A DNA stretch of 64,000 bases, taken from Eledone cirrhosa. Taxonomy: Eukaryota. The translations under genes and the position numbers were made by a program. The DNA is taken from NCBI GenBank assembly GCA_964016885.1, contig OZ024741.1, forward strand, positions 336,908,001 to 336,972,000, in the 5' to 3' direction. The notes beneath the pieces are model-generated. The model was not told the origin of the DNA and made no database searches. It worked only from the letters and a program-made list of their open reading frames with translations. This document shows positions 23,338 through 38,220 of the stretch, piece by piece; the stretch's first letter is position 1, and the number at the start of each line of letters is the position of its first letter.

Positions 23338-25199
23338 GAATGGATGAGTAATTATATATTGCTTTTTTAACATATAGCTCACTAATAGAGTATGACAGTA
23401 CTGAGGGGATATACCTCCTTATGATGTTTATTTACTTAATTTAGCTTCCTGCTTTTCTTCACTGTTGATCTGAATGGATCTCCAAGTGAGACCAACGAAG
23501 GTTATAGATGGTATCCTACCATATTGCTTGTGGCCTACCTCTGATTCTATTGCTGGATGGTTCTTCCCCTAAAATAGGTGGAAGGCATGTCTGAGAGCTC
23601 CACTTCCTCGATTCTCTCATGAATAAGTGAGCAAAGAAGAAGACACTGCAGCCTCTTATAATTATGAACTCAGCACATGGACAGTTATTAGAAACTTGGT
23701 GAACCTCCAGGAGTCTGTAAATTACACATTCTGAACTGTTGTTCTATAATTGTAATGTACACATGTATTTTGTTTTGTCAATGAAGCCACCTGCTTTTGA
23801 TTTGGGATACCTGCAATATTCAATTTGGTAATATTTACTGTAACTTTCTTTGGGGACTTTTCCACAATGTATGTATGGACCTGTAACTCCTGATGGTGTC
23901 ATAGCGGTGTTATAGTGACATATGACATGTCTTTGGCATTTTAAACTTGGCATAGCCCATTGTGGAGGCATGGTCATACAATCATAATGTAATGTGTTTG
24001 TTTCCTGAACTGGGTTGTGTATTGTGTTTTTCAGCAAAATCACTTCCTTTCATGTTGCTCCAGTATACTCAGCTGAAAATGAGTACTAGAAATAGCCGAG
24101 GGTTTTACTCTACAAAAGACTGGTGTCCTGTCCAGGGGTAGAGTCTTCTACTCTGAGTCACTTCATGGCATGGATAAGCACCAGCCTTATGAGACTCCAG
24201 GCTCAAGACAGGTCTGAACACAGCCAATTTCTTCCAGAGGAAGAAAGAGATATAGAGGAAGAATCAACTCCAATACTGGACTAGTATTTTTTTTATCAAC
24301 CTTGAAATGATGAAAGACAAAGTTGACCTCGGTGGGATTTGAACTGAAAGCACAGAGAGCCAGAACAAATTCTACATTAAAGCTACTATGTTATACCCCA
24401 ATAGCTAGATGTCTGTGGTCATAAGTCTCCTATCTGTAGAAATATATCAAACATTAGACATTTAATGAATGACTTATTATAGGAATTAATATTCTAGCCA
24501 GAGTTGAAATAGAAGGATGTGAAGGTCAGGTCGGGGAGAGACTTGTAAAAGTGATAATTCATGAAATACATTATAATAATTCTTTTTAAATATAAGAATA
24601 ACATTCTAAAAATGTTGAATGATGTTTAAAAGAAAAAAAGAAAGAAATGAAATATAGACACTTATTTTGATAATTGATTGTTAAAACAACAAAAAGATAA
24701 ACAAATAATTCAACAATTTTGATAATTGAGGATTGCAGGATTATTGTCTTTGATAAAACTATCAATTTTGTGAAATGATTTTTTATTCTTTTCACTTATT
24801 ATTATTATTTTTTGTTTTGTTCCTGATTTAGCATTTTTTTTTTCATGCTAGCAGGTGCTAGATAAATTTATAGAATAGCTTCTTGATCCCAGTTGCTTAC
24901 CATTGTTTTTTACTTTTTCTTTACAACATTATTATGTTAATTCATCATCATTGTCTTAGCAGGAATACTATGGTATTGCCTATGTTGTATAGCAGTCTGA
25001 TTCACTGACATGTATTCTTAATGGTTTCTCTTCTACATGCTAACCATAATATTTGGCTTTGGCAGATGCAGCATTCACCAAATGGTCAAGGAGTTTGCTT
25101 CACACTCATCAGAGCCCATGTTTAATCCCTTTGTGTGGTATGTTGAGCAAATGTTATTTACCATAGCCTTGGATTAATCAAAACCTCAAATTGATCCAA

Positions 25200-25420
25200 G
25201 CCTTGTGAATGAAATTAGTCAGATGGATCCTGTCAGAAGCAACTATCTTCAATTGATCCGGCTGGATTCCTAAGTGAGACAAGTCGAGCTCATGGATGTT
25301 ATCCAACCATCTTGATTGAGGTCTGTCCCTGGGTCGTCTGCTAGTTGGTTTTGCACCCCATAACATCTGTCCAGCGATTATTTTCTGAGACATTCTAATC
25401 ACATGCCCTTAATATTAGAC
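25200..25420 (-). mobile_element. Old RTE-like C-terminal fragment
   Basis: HVIRM...RRPRDRPQSRWLDNI resembles the GHV.RM...R.RGRP..RW.D.I motif. Confidence 0.5.
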
Positions 25421-27215
25421 CCACTAGAAGGAGTGTTTGAGGACTCTGCTCCCATGAGCTTCTCAGGAATAAGTGGGCAGCAAAGAAGAGAGAGAGGAGA
25501 CTGTTTGGTAGCTTAGAACCATAGTAGCTGGACTGTACTAGTAATTTCAAGAGCCAGTCATATCAAACACCATGCCATGCTGGATCTCCCTCAATATTAC
25601 ATTAAGGGTATTATTCCTGTTGTGCAATACTCAGTCACTTTCGAGTTAATTTCTTGATCAAGCTGTTCCATTAATTAAACAACTGGAACACATGTACAGT
25701 CCATCTGGTGGGCTTCCAAACAATTGCCCTCTACCCAACTTCATTTACACATGGATCAACTTGAGGCTATGGTAAATAACTCTCACTCAAGATGACATAC
25801 TGTGGGATCCATCCTGGGATCATGTTAGTGAAACTAGTGAGGGATTAAATAAAAGAATACAGATTAACTAAAGGATTTCTATAATTTCCTACAGTAGGTT
25901 TTGCTATATTTCCTGTAAAAAAGTTCAAATAGAAAAGAATAATTCCATAATTGACCAAATATTCTTTAACTTTAATATATCCTTTAATGATTTAGCAGAA
26001 AATATATAAAAACAGGCTTGTTTATTCAAATGTTCCTAGTATCTTTACTATTGGACAGATTAATGTAAACATTTGCAATACACCATGTAATGATTTGGCA
26101 GAAAGTATCTAAAAATTGGTTTGTTAATTCATATGTTTATAGTATTGTTCTGAAGTTATGTTCCAAACACCAGCTTATAAATGAGAAAGTTAGTTATATT
26201 ACTAAATCTTTCCTAATTCATGATTATTTAAAAAATTGTTTGAAAATCATAAGCAGTGTATTTTACTAGAAACATGGTGATGAAAGGGTTAAATGGACAA
26301 AAGCATGTAGAATGGTAGAATGTGGTGTTTTTTTTCTTTTTTCTTTTCATGTCTAAAACATGCAAATGTCCATCAAACTATAACAATGTATTTTGTCTGG
26401 AATCTTTCTGATGTATAGAAAAAACCCACCACAATAGCTATGTAACTTATAGGTGCATTAAGTCTGTTTGCCAAGGAAAGGTTACTGAATAAAGACTTTG
26501 AAAGAGAACATTAATCAAAGAACATCTGACGTACTCAACAATCCTGAAACCCTGTTAGGGAGACAAAAATAAGGGTAAGATAGAAAGGGACCAGGAAAAT
26601 AAAATGCAGTTAATGCATATCTCATGTATGCATAAATATATATACATGAATAAATAAATAAAGAGGTGGTTTAAAGCAGGATGACTTGTTTACAAGGAGC
26701 ACCATTAAGAGGAAGGAGCAAGTGGCTATTTTTACCATAATTAGGTCTGGGTGCCAAATTACAACCATCACCATCATTTAAATCAATTCATTTTTTTCTC
26801 TACTATACATTTATGTGCAACGGCCACCACACTCACAAAATAATACCCCATTTGATGTTAGTTTATTTATCATACTCATATATAATTTTTTTCATACAAC
26901 TATTGCCAATGTGATATTATTGATTTATTATATATTTACATTTCTGCTATGATAATATTTATAACTAACACTTTCTGACTTTGCTGTTTGCTCACTAGAA
27001 AAGGTTTTCTCTTTACATTAGCATTAATATATCTATATAGTTATTTGAGTTGATAAATGCTATTTTCCTGCATAATAATATATTTTATATCACAGCAGAC
27101 TAGAGTCCACACCATTTCATTTTGCTGTTAGCTACTCTTTCATTTGCTTCTCAATATATTTTGTAACTTTGTGTCTACTACACGATAGTTTTAATATTAT
27201 TTATCAGAGGGCTAA

Positions 27216-27672
27216 GGGTGGTGGATTGGCAGTATCGGTAGAGCATCAGACAACATGCTTTACAGCATAGAGTTATGTCCCTCTCTGTACTCTGAGTTCA
27301 AATCCCACTGAGGTTAGCTTTACCATTCATCTTTACAGGGTCAATAATATAAAATACCAGTAATGCACTGGGGTTGGTTTAATCCTCTTTCCCCTCCTCC
27401 CCAAATTTGTTGGCCTTGTGCCTAGATCAGAAACCATTGTTACCAGAGTGCTAAGGCAGTGGATTGGCAAAATTGTTAGAACATCAGGCAACATACTTTG
27501 CAGCATATAGTTACATCTCGTTACATTCTGAGTTCAAATTCCACCGAGCTTAGCTTTGTTTTTCATCTTTACAGTTTTGGTAAAATAAAGTACCAGTAAT
27601 GCACTGGGGTTGATTTAATCAACTTTCCTCTCCTACCAAACTGTTGGCCTTCTGCCTAAATCAGAAACCATT
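27216..27672 (+). mobile_element. Two tandem SINE family A copies
   Basis: Both show the A/B boxes and the core motif. Confidence 0.8.
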
Positions 27673-29289
27673 ATATATCAAGCTTGAAAAGATGAAAGGC
27701 AAAGTTGATCCTGGTTGGTTTTTAACTCAGAATGCAAAGTGCCAGAACAAATAGTGCAATACATTATATCCAACATTTTAATGAGTCTGCCAATTTGCTG
27801 CTTGGATACTATTTACAAAATTCTTATGTAAAACTTATAACTTCTGGGGTGGGGGCACTCAACTTTATAAATTGTATTGTATAACACTTAGAGCCGTTAC
27901 AATGAACATAATCTATTGTTATAAATTGACAAATTAATCTGCCAAGAGTCTCAAAGACAGATTAAGTCAGTCATATTTGTTTATATCAATTTTATATAAA
28001 TTATTTTACTTTTCAATATTTCTGTACGTAGTTCTCTGAACTAATATATACAAATACCATGACACTTCCATGAATTCTTCACACCAATAACTATATTAGT
28101 TTCTATCATGTCATGTTATTGTTGTTGTTGCTGTTGTGGCTGTTCTTCATAATTCAAGACTCATTAGTAATTCTGTTCAAACATTTCCATCACTCTTATG
28201 TTCTCTGTTATTGGCAACTTACAAATACTTCAACGGTTTAAAACAACTGTGTATCATGAATATTAAAATTGATCATTTATTATATAGAGATGGTCATTAG
28301 CATGTCTATTGTGTGCAAAATATTTTGCTTTCTTTCAATAAAATTAACACTGTTTTCTTGAACAATCTTCAGCAGTAATGTAGCTAAAATATGCATGTTA
28401 AGAACTGATGCCAAAAGAGCTGTAAATTGGTAATTATTGGATGTAATTGTTTAACCCCAGGTCAGGTCTAATCAAGCAGACATGTTCCAGTCATGATCAT
28501 CTATCTGTCTCTTATTCAGCTATACTACTTCTAGAACTATAACTATCAAATGTGTCTTTTTATTCTTAAGACAGTATGATGCAATTTAACGGAGATTTAG
28601 CTGCTATTTTCAGCAGATAAAATAATCATGTAGAAGCCTCACTTATTGATTTGAGTAAGAGAGTATGTATATATGTTTCCTGATAAAGTACAGGATTAAG
28701 TAAACATTATCTATTCTATTAAGAGATAGCAAAATAGGATATCATTCTAGATGTATACGACTTTCACCCTTTTGTTATCAAACCACCTGAAACTGCCTTT
28801 AATTCTATGTAACAAGGACTTGTGAGTGAATTTAGTAGACAGAAACTGTAAGGAAGCCTGTCAACTTGTCAGCTGGTCATTTTGGTGCCACAATAAAGAG
28901 CCCCCAGTTCACACTGGAAATGTGGTTGGCATTAAGAAGGGCATCCAGCCATAGAAACCAAGCCAGAAACAGTTCTGTATGAGCAAGACACGGTCATCTG
29001 ATATGACTTGTCTCATAATGGGACAACTTGTCTAACCCATACTATCATAGAAAAATGAATGCTAAACGATGATGATGCATGCATGAAAATCACTATGGTG
29101 TTGAATTAACTCAGTATTTGTTCCTGCATACTGTACTGTATCCTGCTGGAGTTTGTCTTTCATTTTTTCATGTTTGATAAAGTAGCAATCCAATAATGGG
29201 ATCAGTTCTTCCTCTATATCTCTTTCACTCTCCTTCTTTGGAAGAAATCAGCCATGTTCAAACATAAAGGGGGATGGGCTTTACCAGGT

Positions 29290-29505
29290 TTAACCCTTTA
29301 CCATTTACATTACTCGAAATATACTTTTGTATTTTCACAATAAAGGCTTTATCTCACATAATATCAAATCTATGAGATTTTGATATTATTTATTTTGAGA
29401 ATAATACCTTAACATCAGTATGAGTAGCAAGTTATGGCCAGTTTAATCAGAAAGAAGTGGGAGAATTCTGGCCAGATATAGCTGGTTTAAATACTAAAGG
29501 ATTAA
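29290..29505. mobile_element. piggyBac-type MITE
   Basis: TTAA-cccttt ... aaagga-TTAA; internal gaattctggccagatatagctggtttaaat is shared with 2038-2260. Confidence 0.65.
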
Positions 29506-29984
29506 AATGTCCAATTCAACATATCTTAGGGTAGTGTACTTATGACTCCATTATGAATTAAGGGACTTTTCCTTTCACCTGCCTGTATGAGTGTCTATGT
29601 GTTAGCATGTGGGGTTGTGTTTATTTTTCTTGTCTCTTCTCAGCACTTTTTACATCACAGGTGGTGATATTTGTTTACAGCCCATCTAAATGGAGATCTC
29701 ACTGCTCAGTAGTTAGACATGTGAATATCAAAACCTTACTTAAAATAACAAGTGAGAATTGGTGTCAGGTAGGGCCACCAGCTGTATAATTCAGCCACAA
29801 ATGTCTTATCCTACTCATGCCATTGAAAATGAATGTAAAACTGACGATGATGATTATGATGAATCCATGTTTCTTTGTTGACGTGTTAATTCAAGAAAGA
29901 AATATTTATATATCTTCTCTTCTTAGCACCAACATTTCCAGGATTTTGGGCATGTATTTGGCTTCTTTTTTTGTTTAAGCTTCT

Positions 29985-30021
<37 letters not shown>

Positions 30022-30053
30022 GTGTGTGTGTGTGTGGGGGGGGGGGGGGGTTG

Positions 30054-30094
<41 letters not shown>

Positions 30095-33000
30095 ATTCCT
30101 TCCATATACTGTACCGATTGTGTTGTTATTTTTGTTTACCTTTTACATACATATATACACATAAACAATGTATATACTCTAAATTCTCACTGTTTCTCCT
30201 GTCCTGAATAGTATTGTCTCTAAGTCTTTAATGGTTTGTAACTGTTAGCTTAAGTCATCTTTCATGTCTTTCAAAAGCCATTACTCATTCAGCGTAGCAG
30301 TCAAATATCATTACATTGATATAACAATAAATTCTATGTGGAATTTATCAGCTTGCTTTACCAAAACTCTTCCATATATGCATTAAAAAGGGAAAAACGG
30401 TCCACAAATCTCTCTGCCCACTTTTCTACAAGGAACTACACAGTTTCTTAGCTGGCAGTTCTAAATTCAATTTTCTCTATATTTATAGCTTGGAGAAGGA
30501 TAGGTTCCACCAAATTTATTTGCCCCAGATCAACTATATTCAGATGAATTATTACCAGTTTTCTATGGGAAAAAGGATGATGGTGAATAAATAGATAACC
30601 AAGATGTGAATTCCACCGAGGGTTTCTATATAGATAATTTCTTGATGATGGAGAGATTTTGACCAAATGAAATGACATTAGCAAGACATTCTTGAAAAGT
30701 ACAAAACAATACTATGAGTACATTGCATGAAAACTTTAAATCTTCTCTATAGTTAATTCTGCAGTTCTTCATGTGTCCACTAGCATTTATAAGCATTTGA
30801 ATTAACAAACCTGTTTTTAAATATTTTCAGCTAAATCATTACAGGCTGTTGAGTTTACCTGCAAATTTTTCTCAACAGTCTGAACAATTTATAAACATTT
30901 GAAATAAAAAAACCTGGTTTTAGATATTCCTTTTTGTCAAGCCACATAGTCTAATCGATAGGTTGTTGAACTTATGATTATAATGTTGTTGGTTTGAATC
31001 CTAGACATGGTGTTGCATTGTATTCTTGGGCAAAACACTTTATTTCATGTTACTCCAGTATACTCAACTGAGAGTGAATACCAGCAGTAGCTGGGGAGTT
31101 AATCTTGTGATAGACCAGTGTCCTGTCCTGGGAGAGTTTTGTACTCTGTCACTTAACATCAAAGAAACCGGGGATAAGCATTGGCCTGATGAGCATAACT
31201 TTTAAATATTTTCAGTTAAATCATTATAAGATACTAAAATTTAAACCAACTCATCAGTTCTAATTCTGAAATGAATATTTTTGAGAAGTCAGAAAATGCA
31301 ATATGAGATTTTTTTGGGGGTCCTAAATAGGGAAATAGGGGCCAAATTGGCTGAGTCATGAGAACATCAGATAGTATGATTTTCAGTATTTGTTCTAGGT
31401 CTGTGCACTCTGAGTTCAAAGCTTGCTGATGTCAATTTTACCTTACATCCATTCAAAGTTGAGAAAATGTTGATAAAAAGTACCAGTCAAATACTGGGAG
31501 CTGGTCCTTTTTCTATATCTCTTTTCTCCTTCCTATCTCCTCCTTCTTCTCTGAAAGAATTCAGCTGTGTTTAGACCTGGAAAGGAGATGGACTCTGCCA
31601 GGTTTAAAATGCCCAGGAAATGCTGTATGTTACTCCAGTGCCCCTACAACTCCACCAGAGGTTATGGGTCTATACATATAAAGAGGGAAATATATATAAA
31701 GTTTTTTTCTTTATTCTTTTGAAACAAAATATTACAATTTTAGGAGGAAAAAATAAGCCTGGCAATTTCTCTGATTTTTTCTTCTTTTTACTGTTTGTTT
31801 ATCATACCATCATATCATAAACGACTTGGTAGTTACAGAAATGCAAATATAATTTGATGGACATTTTATTTAGGTTGGTATGTTAATGAAGTCATTTTAT
31901 TATATTACTACAACAGTACCTGTCAAAAATGATGGCGTGTATAGTAAAATAAAAATATGTAATTTAATATTAGAGACTTCTTGTTGGCTCAAAGAATTTT
32001 TGTGGACTCTGTTAAAATCACCAAGTGCTAGATGGTGGTGTTAAACCAGGCATCAGATTATGTCTATCAACCCAACTGGATTTGAACTAAGAAAACAAAG
32101 AACTAGAACAAACATCACAAAGCATCCCATCTGATGCTTTAACTATTTTGTTGATCTACTCTGCTTGACCGACTCTTCAGACGTCTTCCAATTACACTCA
32201 ACTGTCTTAAAAAATAGAACTCATATATGAGGCTCGACTGAAAAGTTCCTGGGCTGAACAAGATACTCTCATGGAATGACCAGATAAGGTTTATTTTTTC
32301 AAAATAGTCTCTGGAAAGAAACAATGCAGTTATTAATAAAAGGAGTTGAAATTAATGCATGCAAGATTTCACAGCTCTAGCATCACTCCTTCATAGGCAG
32401 CCTATCATAATGTTGTCTTGAAAACATATTGGATAGTTACATCTTGAATGCATAGGATTAAAGGTTTTCTCCTTCAAGGCATATCTGGGGCTAAATAGTA
32501 TATATTAGAAAGACATTTTTGAAGTGACCACTGTATGATAAACAGGGGTTGACAACTAAAAGAAGACTTGGACAATAGAATTTCTATTATGAGAATTCAA
32601 ACTATAGCTTGCTTATGGAAATTCTTGTGTGCTGATAATTCAGTTAGTAAGAACTAGGTCATCTGCAAAGAGGAATTCTGTGGACAACCAGCCTTAATTA
32701 AACTCCAGTTTTATGGCCTTGAGTCATATAAACAGGAGGAGACTGATAACTGAGATCTGATAGAAACTTGCCTGGATGCTAAACTAAATTCTTTACTGAC
32801 TTCATTGTTGAGTCTGACCTTTCTAACTACACATGACTTGGCCCTTATATTATATATACTAAAAGTTGACTGAGACAATAGAATCTCTAATCTCTATGAT
32901 GTGTTTCAAACTATAACTTTGTAACCAATGTCCTAACTACTTGGTTTCTTCTTAAGTTTGATAAATGTCTTTCTGTTGATTGCTGCTGCTCTGTCATAAA

Positions 33001-33904
33001 AGAATTTAGCATTCAACTTTCAATAACCTATCAATAAAATCATATATTTACATTACTGCAACACAATCCCACCGCCACACTTAATGTCTTCAAACATGTT
33101 TGCTAAAGCTATTATTTTGATTTCAGTAAGAAAATTGCGTTAGCTTTCAAACAGTCCATATATCATTTTATACATCAACGGCAGTATAATTTTGACAAAT
33201 ATACTATTAATTTTCTATTTGTTAGCGCATATATCTAAGGACTTCTTTCTACAGCAATCGTATTTACTTTTCTTATTTGTATTTACACCAGTGCAAATAC
33301 AAACATGTATATTTATCATAGCATTGTCATGATCAACACCCTTGCTTTTGTCGCAACCATTATTGCTGTTTTAAACATTCATTTATTCATCAGTGTGGAG
33401 TCTGAATGAATAGTTGCCATACATCAGAAATTGCTGATCCAAGAATTTTGTATGTTAAACTGCTTGCAGTGAAGTTGCTGAAAACATTTATTTTTTTAGT
33501 TCTTGAGTTTTTTTTTTCCCCCATATTTACAGTTTTTTGTGAGAGGCAGTTTCTACAACCTTTTTAACCACTACATTCTGACATGCACACTTTTTGTACA
33601 CATGTGTATATATATATATATATGTATTTATATATATATATAGGAAAAGAGTCAGGACCCCAACTCTACTACCCTAAGTATTGAGTACTCTGGTCGTTAT
33701 GGTCCACCTGGTATCTTACCACACCCTCTTGGTTATCTATATATATAGTATGATGAGCTATTGATTTCAGAGTTGAGCCCGATCACTACTGATCATAACT
33801 TGAGCTGATCAATCATGAAATGTACATCATGTATGAATAAACATAATGATGCTATATTGATACTTTGTTTTTGCTCCTTATTATTATTATTATTGCTATT
33901 ATTA

Positions 33905-34620
33905 TCCAGCATAGTTACGTCCCTTTACGATCTGAGTTCAAATCCCTCCGAGGTTGACTTTGCCTTTCATCCTTACGGGGTCGATAAAATAAAGTACCAG
34001 TAATGCACTGGGTAATTGCTGGCCTTGTGCCTAAAGTAGAAACAATTATTATTATTATTACTATTATTATCCAGCATAGTTACGTCCCTTTACGATCTGA
34101 GTTCAAATCCCGCCGAGGTTGACTTTGCCTTTCATCCTTACGGGGTCGATAAAATAAAGTACCAGTAATGCACTGGGTAATTGCTGGCCTTGTGCCTAAA
34201 GTAGAAACAATTATTATTATTATTACTATTATTATTATTATGCTTTGCAACATAGAGTTATGGTCCTTTACGTTCTGATTTCAAATCCCGCCAAGTTAAC
34301 TTTGCCTTTCATCCTTACTGGGTTAATAAAATAAAGCACCAGTAATGCACTGGGGGTTATTGCTGGCCTTGTACCAAAAGTAGAAATATTATTATTATTA
34401 TTTTTATTGTGGATTGGCAGTATCGGTAGAGGGTCGGACGCCATGCTTTGCAGCATAGTTACATCCTTTTACGGTCTGAGTTCAAATCCTGCTGAGGTTA
34501 ACTTTACCTTTCATTCTTACAGGGTCGATAAAATAAAATACCAGTCATGCACTGGGGTCGATTTAATGTACCCCTCCCCCCAAATTGCTGGCTTTGTGTC
34601 TATATAAGAAACCATTATTA
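33905..34620 (+). mobile_element. Head-to-tail array of four SINE family A copies
   Basis: Units start at about 33905, 34070, 34240 and 34408, separated by (ATT)n. The first two are nearly identical (165-bp period). Confidence 0.88.
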
Positions 34621-35227
34621 TTTTTATTATTATTATTATATATATGTATGTTTGAATTAAGTTTAAGACAGATATTAGATAATCATATTTATTGCATAAT
34701 GCACATTTCAGTAACACCAGTGTAAAGCTGTAATGCCATCATTACAACAACAACTGGCACTGGTGTGACATCATCAGATGTTAACACAAAGGAGTTGATA
34801 TGGCACAGGCAAACACTTCCATGTTTCCAAAAGTTCAGTGAACATATGATTTGCTAATTGTTTTTTTCTTCCATTAGTTTTCATGTGGTATTGGTATTTA
34901 TTTTTTAATTGGTCAATTTAAAAAACATAGGCAGTGAGTTTTATTATAAATATGGCAACAAGATGGTTAATCAATGGAATTGGCTCTGGTATTGAACATA
35001 TTTAGTCAATTTTATTGATCCCTGTATATTAATTGGTACTACTTATTTGATCATCTGTACAAAATGAAAAGCTATGTCAACCTGACAGAAACGAATAACA
35101 TACAATGCGATTAAGCAACAATTCTAACATTCATCCCTCTTGGCTGTCTCCATCATATTTATATATATTATTAAATTAATAACAATTATGTAATGGCCAA
35201 ATCGCCTATCACCAATAATCATATATT

Positions 35228-35815
35228 TGATGATATTATAAACCTCTGATAATATTATGAAACTCTGATAATATTATCTAAAGTTTGTATTGAGCCTGGA
35301 GGCTTGTCAGGCTGGTGCATATCCCAGTTTTTGTGGCATGAAGTGACTAAGAGTGCAAGACTTCCCCCTGGACAGGACACCAGTTCATCACAGGGTTAAA
35401 ATTTGTCTCAAGCCTGAAAGCTTATCAAGCCAGTATTGATCCTGGTTCCCATGGTGTGAAATGACTGTATTACAAATTTTCCCCCTGGAAGGAACATCAG
35501 TTCATCAATGGGTTAAACCCCCATCTATTGCTGCTAGTGCTATTTTCAGCTTAATATACTGGAGCAATGTGGAACGAAGTATTTTGCTGAAGAACACAAC
35601 ATGCAACCCAGTCCAGAAATCAAATTGACGACATTATGCTCCAACACCCTGACAACTAGGCCATGCAGATCCACTGATAACATTATGGAGTGTTGATAAT
35701 AATATAAAGCTTTGATAATATTATGGAGTTTTGATAACATTACGGAGTTTTGATAATAATATTGGGTGTTGATAACATGAAGGAGATTTGATAATAATAC
35801 AGGGCTCTGATAATA
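35228..35815. repeat. Degenerate 19-bp minisatellite (tgataatattatggagttt) interrupted by a SINE B
   Basis: Units at 35228-35285 and 35675-35815. Confidence 0.75.
35290..35672 (-). mobile_element. SINE family B with a duplicated 3' part
   Basis: Reverse complement aligns to family B; the 3' ~110 bp is present twice. Confidence 0.7.
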
Positions 35816-36237
35816 AAATCATTGGGCACTTCCCTCCCTCCACTGACTAAACAGCAAAAAAAAAAAGAAAAAGAAAATGTTGTGTTATTGCTGCTTAATG
35901 CCAGGTATGCCCTACATGAACAAAGCTTTGATCATATGTATCCTAGTTTTATTCCCATATTTTATTAAGACTTTGTCCTTTTATCTTTTTTGATATGGTC
36001 AGGTAGGATTTGAAGTGGTCAATAACATCAGCAACAGCAAGCATTTTAAGGCTCTCTTCCCCTCCAAAGATTAGTCTTATGAGCCTCATGATGAGCTTCT
36101 TTGTTTTTCCCTATTGTCTAACTTCCCTCTCACCAATCTTTGGCTTTCATTTCCTTCTCCAACATTTTTGGTTATGTCTTTCTTGGTCTTCCCCTTTGTT
36201 TACTTCCTTCGACATTTATTCCCATAATTCCTCTCAC

Positions 36238-36505
36238 CCAGTCACTTTCATCCTTCCTCAACACATGACCCAACCATCTCATTCCATTTCTCTTCACAAC
36301 ATTCGTCACTAGCTATATTTCCATCATTCCACTCCTCCAGTCACTTTCCTCCTTTCTCAATACATGACACAACCATCACATTCTATTTCTCTTCCCAACA
36401 TTCATTACTAGCTATATTTCCATATATACCCAATCATTTTCATCTTTCCTCAAAACAAGAACCAACCATTTCATTCCATTTCTTTCTCTACAACATGCAT
36501 CACTG
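36238..36505. repeat. Triplicated 93-99-bp unit derived from an old minus-strand RTE fragment
   Basis: ccagtcactttc...caaccatc...ccatttctctt at 36238, 36337 and 36430. The minus strand reads W.GHVLRK. Confidence 0.65.
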
Positions 36506-36610
36506 GTTTTATTCGTGATTGTCTAGTGTGATTTGAGGGAGGGAGGGAGATTTGGCTGATATTTCTAACTAACAGTGATGACTTATAATGTTGTTTGTTC
36601 TATTTTTCAG

Positions 36611-36649
36611 GTTCAACCTCCTACAAGCCCACTATACACTCAAGTTCAG
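36611..36649 (+). CDS. Candidate 39-nt microexon (VQPPTSPLYTQVQ if phase 0)
   Basis: Polypyrimidine acceptor ttgtttgttctatttttcag| and donor CAG|gtaaga. Length is a multiple of 3 and frame 0 is open. The sequence is non-repetitive. Confidence 0.55.
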
Positions 36650-37000
36650 GTAAGACACCATTACAAAAAATAACAGATGTGCGACTAAACACAAATCTCT
36701 AAACCCTGACAGAAACATTATTTCCAGAAGAATTACAAGTTGAATAACAGATGCAATATATTGTAAACATTCGAGACATTCTTCTTAACTTCATGGAACT
36801 TCTGATTATAAAGAATTGGTCAAATTCTTTGCTCAAAACCATTTTCTGTTGAATGTGTGAAAAAAAAACCAGCAAAAACAAAATACCCCCCGAAAATATT
36901 CAAAATCAGACAAACATGCCAATTGGCTCTGGAACTCTAATATATATATATATGGATATATATATGCATTTCTGTGTATACATATGTATATGGATATATA

Positions 37001-37035
<35 letters not shown>

Positions 37036-37687
37036 TCAGGCGATTTTGAAATGTTTATTTAAAGAAGTCAATAAAATATACAGTTACATATCACAGAAAC
37101 TCTGAAAAAAAAGGACCCCCACAAAAAAAAACAAAAAAAAAAAACAAAAAAAAACAAAAAACAAAAAACAAAAACCAAATGCGATATCGATAATATTTAA
37201 CAACCCAACAATTGACCAAATATAATAACTGAGTAAAAAAAAAGGAATAAAGAAACTAAAAAAAATCCCCTCCCAAAAAACAAACCCTAACACATATTTT
37301 TACTAGCTCGGAAAAGCATTGATTTAAATTGTTCATAATGGTATAAATTGAATGGAATTTTACCACTTCATTAAAATGATGAAACACTTTAAAGACAACA
37401 TTGAAAAAACATGTAATGAAATATTGTTACATTAAGGAACTCATTTTGTTCAAGAAATGTTTGCGAATGTGTATATATATATATAAATGTATGTATATAC
37501 ATGTGTGCATATATATACATGTGTATATATATGTGTGTATATATAAGTGTGTATATATATGTGTGTATATAAGTGTATATATATATATATGTACATATAT
37601 GTGTATCTATTTGTGAGTATATATGTGTATATATATGTATATCTATGTGTATAAATGTGTATATATATTTATATATATGTATATATT

Positions 37688-37753
<66 letters not shown>

Positions 37754-37972
37754 TTAATGTGTGTGTGTGGGCCTGTGTGAGTGTGTGCATTTAGCTATAT
37801 AAAAACACCATAACAAACATAAGAATCATTTGCCAATGCATTAATGTATGCTATTTATATCATTTAGTTGACTGAAACCAATGTTGATAACTGCCACATG
37901 TAGTTTCATCATGTGGTTATTTGTGTAGGGAAACTGCAAGTAGCTGTGCACATCAATATCAGTCAACCAAGT

Positions 37973-38012
<40 letters not shown>

Positions 38013-38167
38013 GTTTATACATATAACACAAATATATATATATTTGCAACTATATATACATGTATATATTGATATACATATATATATGTAAATATACATA
38101 TATACACACATATATATATATGTATATACAAATATATATATATACATACCTACATATAAACATACCA

Positions 38168-38220
<53 letters not shown>

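Noticed and set aside
30200-30830. Possible decayed Penelope ORF on the minus strand (VPCRKVGREIC)
   Set aside because: Only a vague resemblance to a Cys motif, with many stops. Needs BLASTX before any call.
32224-32420. Mariner-like TIR fragment (tatgaggctcgactgaaaagttcc)
   Set aside because: Only one end is seen and there is no transposase remnant, so it is too weak to list as a feature.
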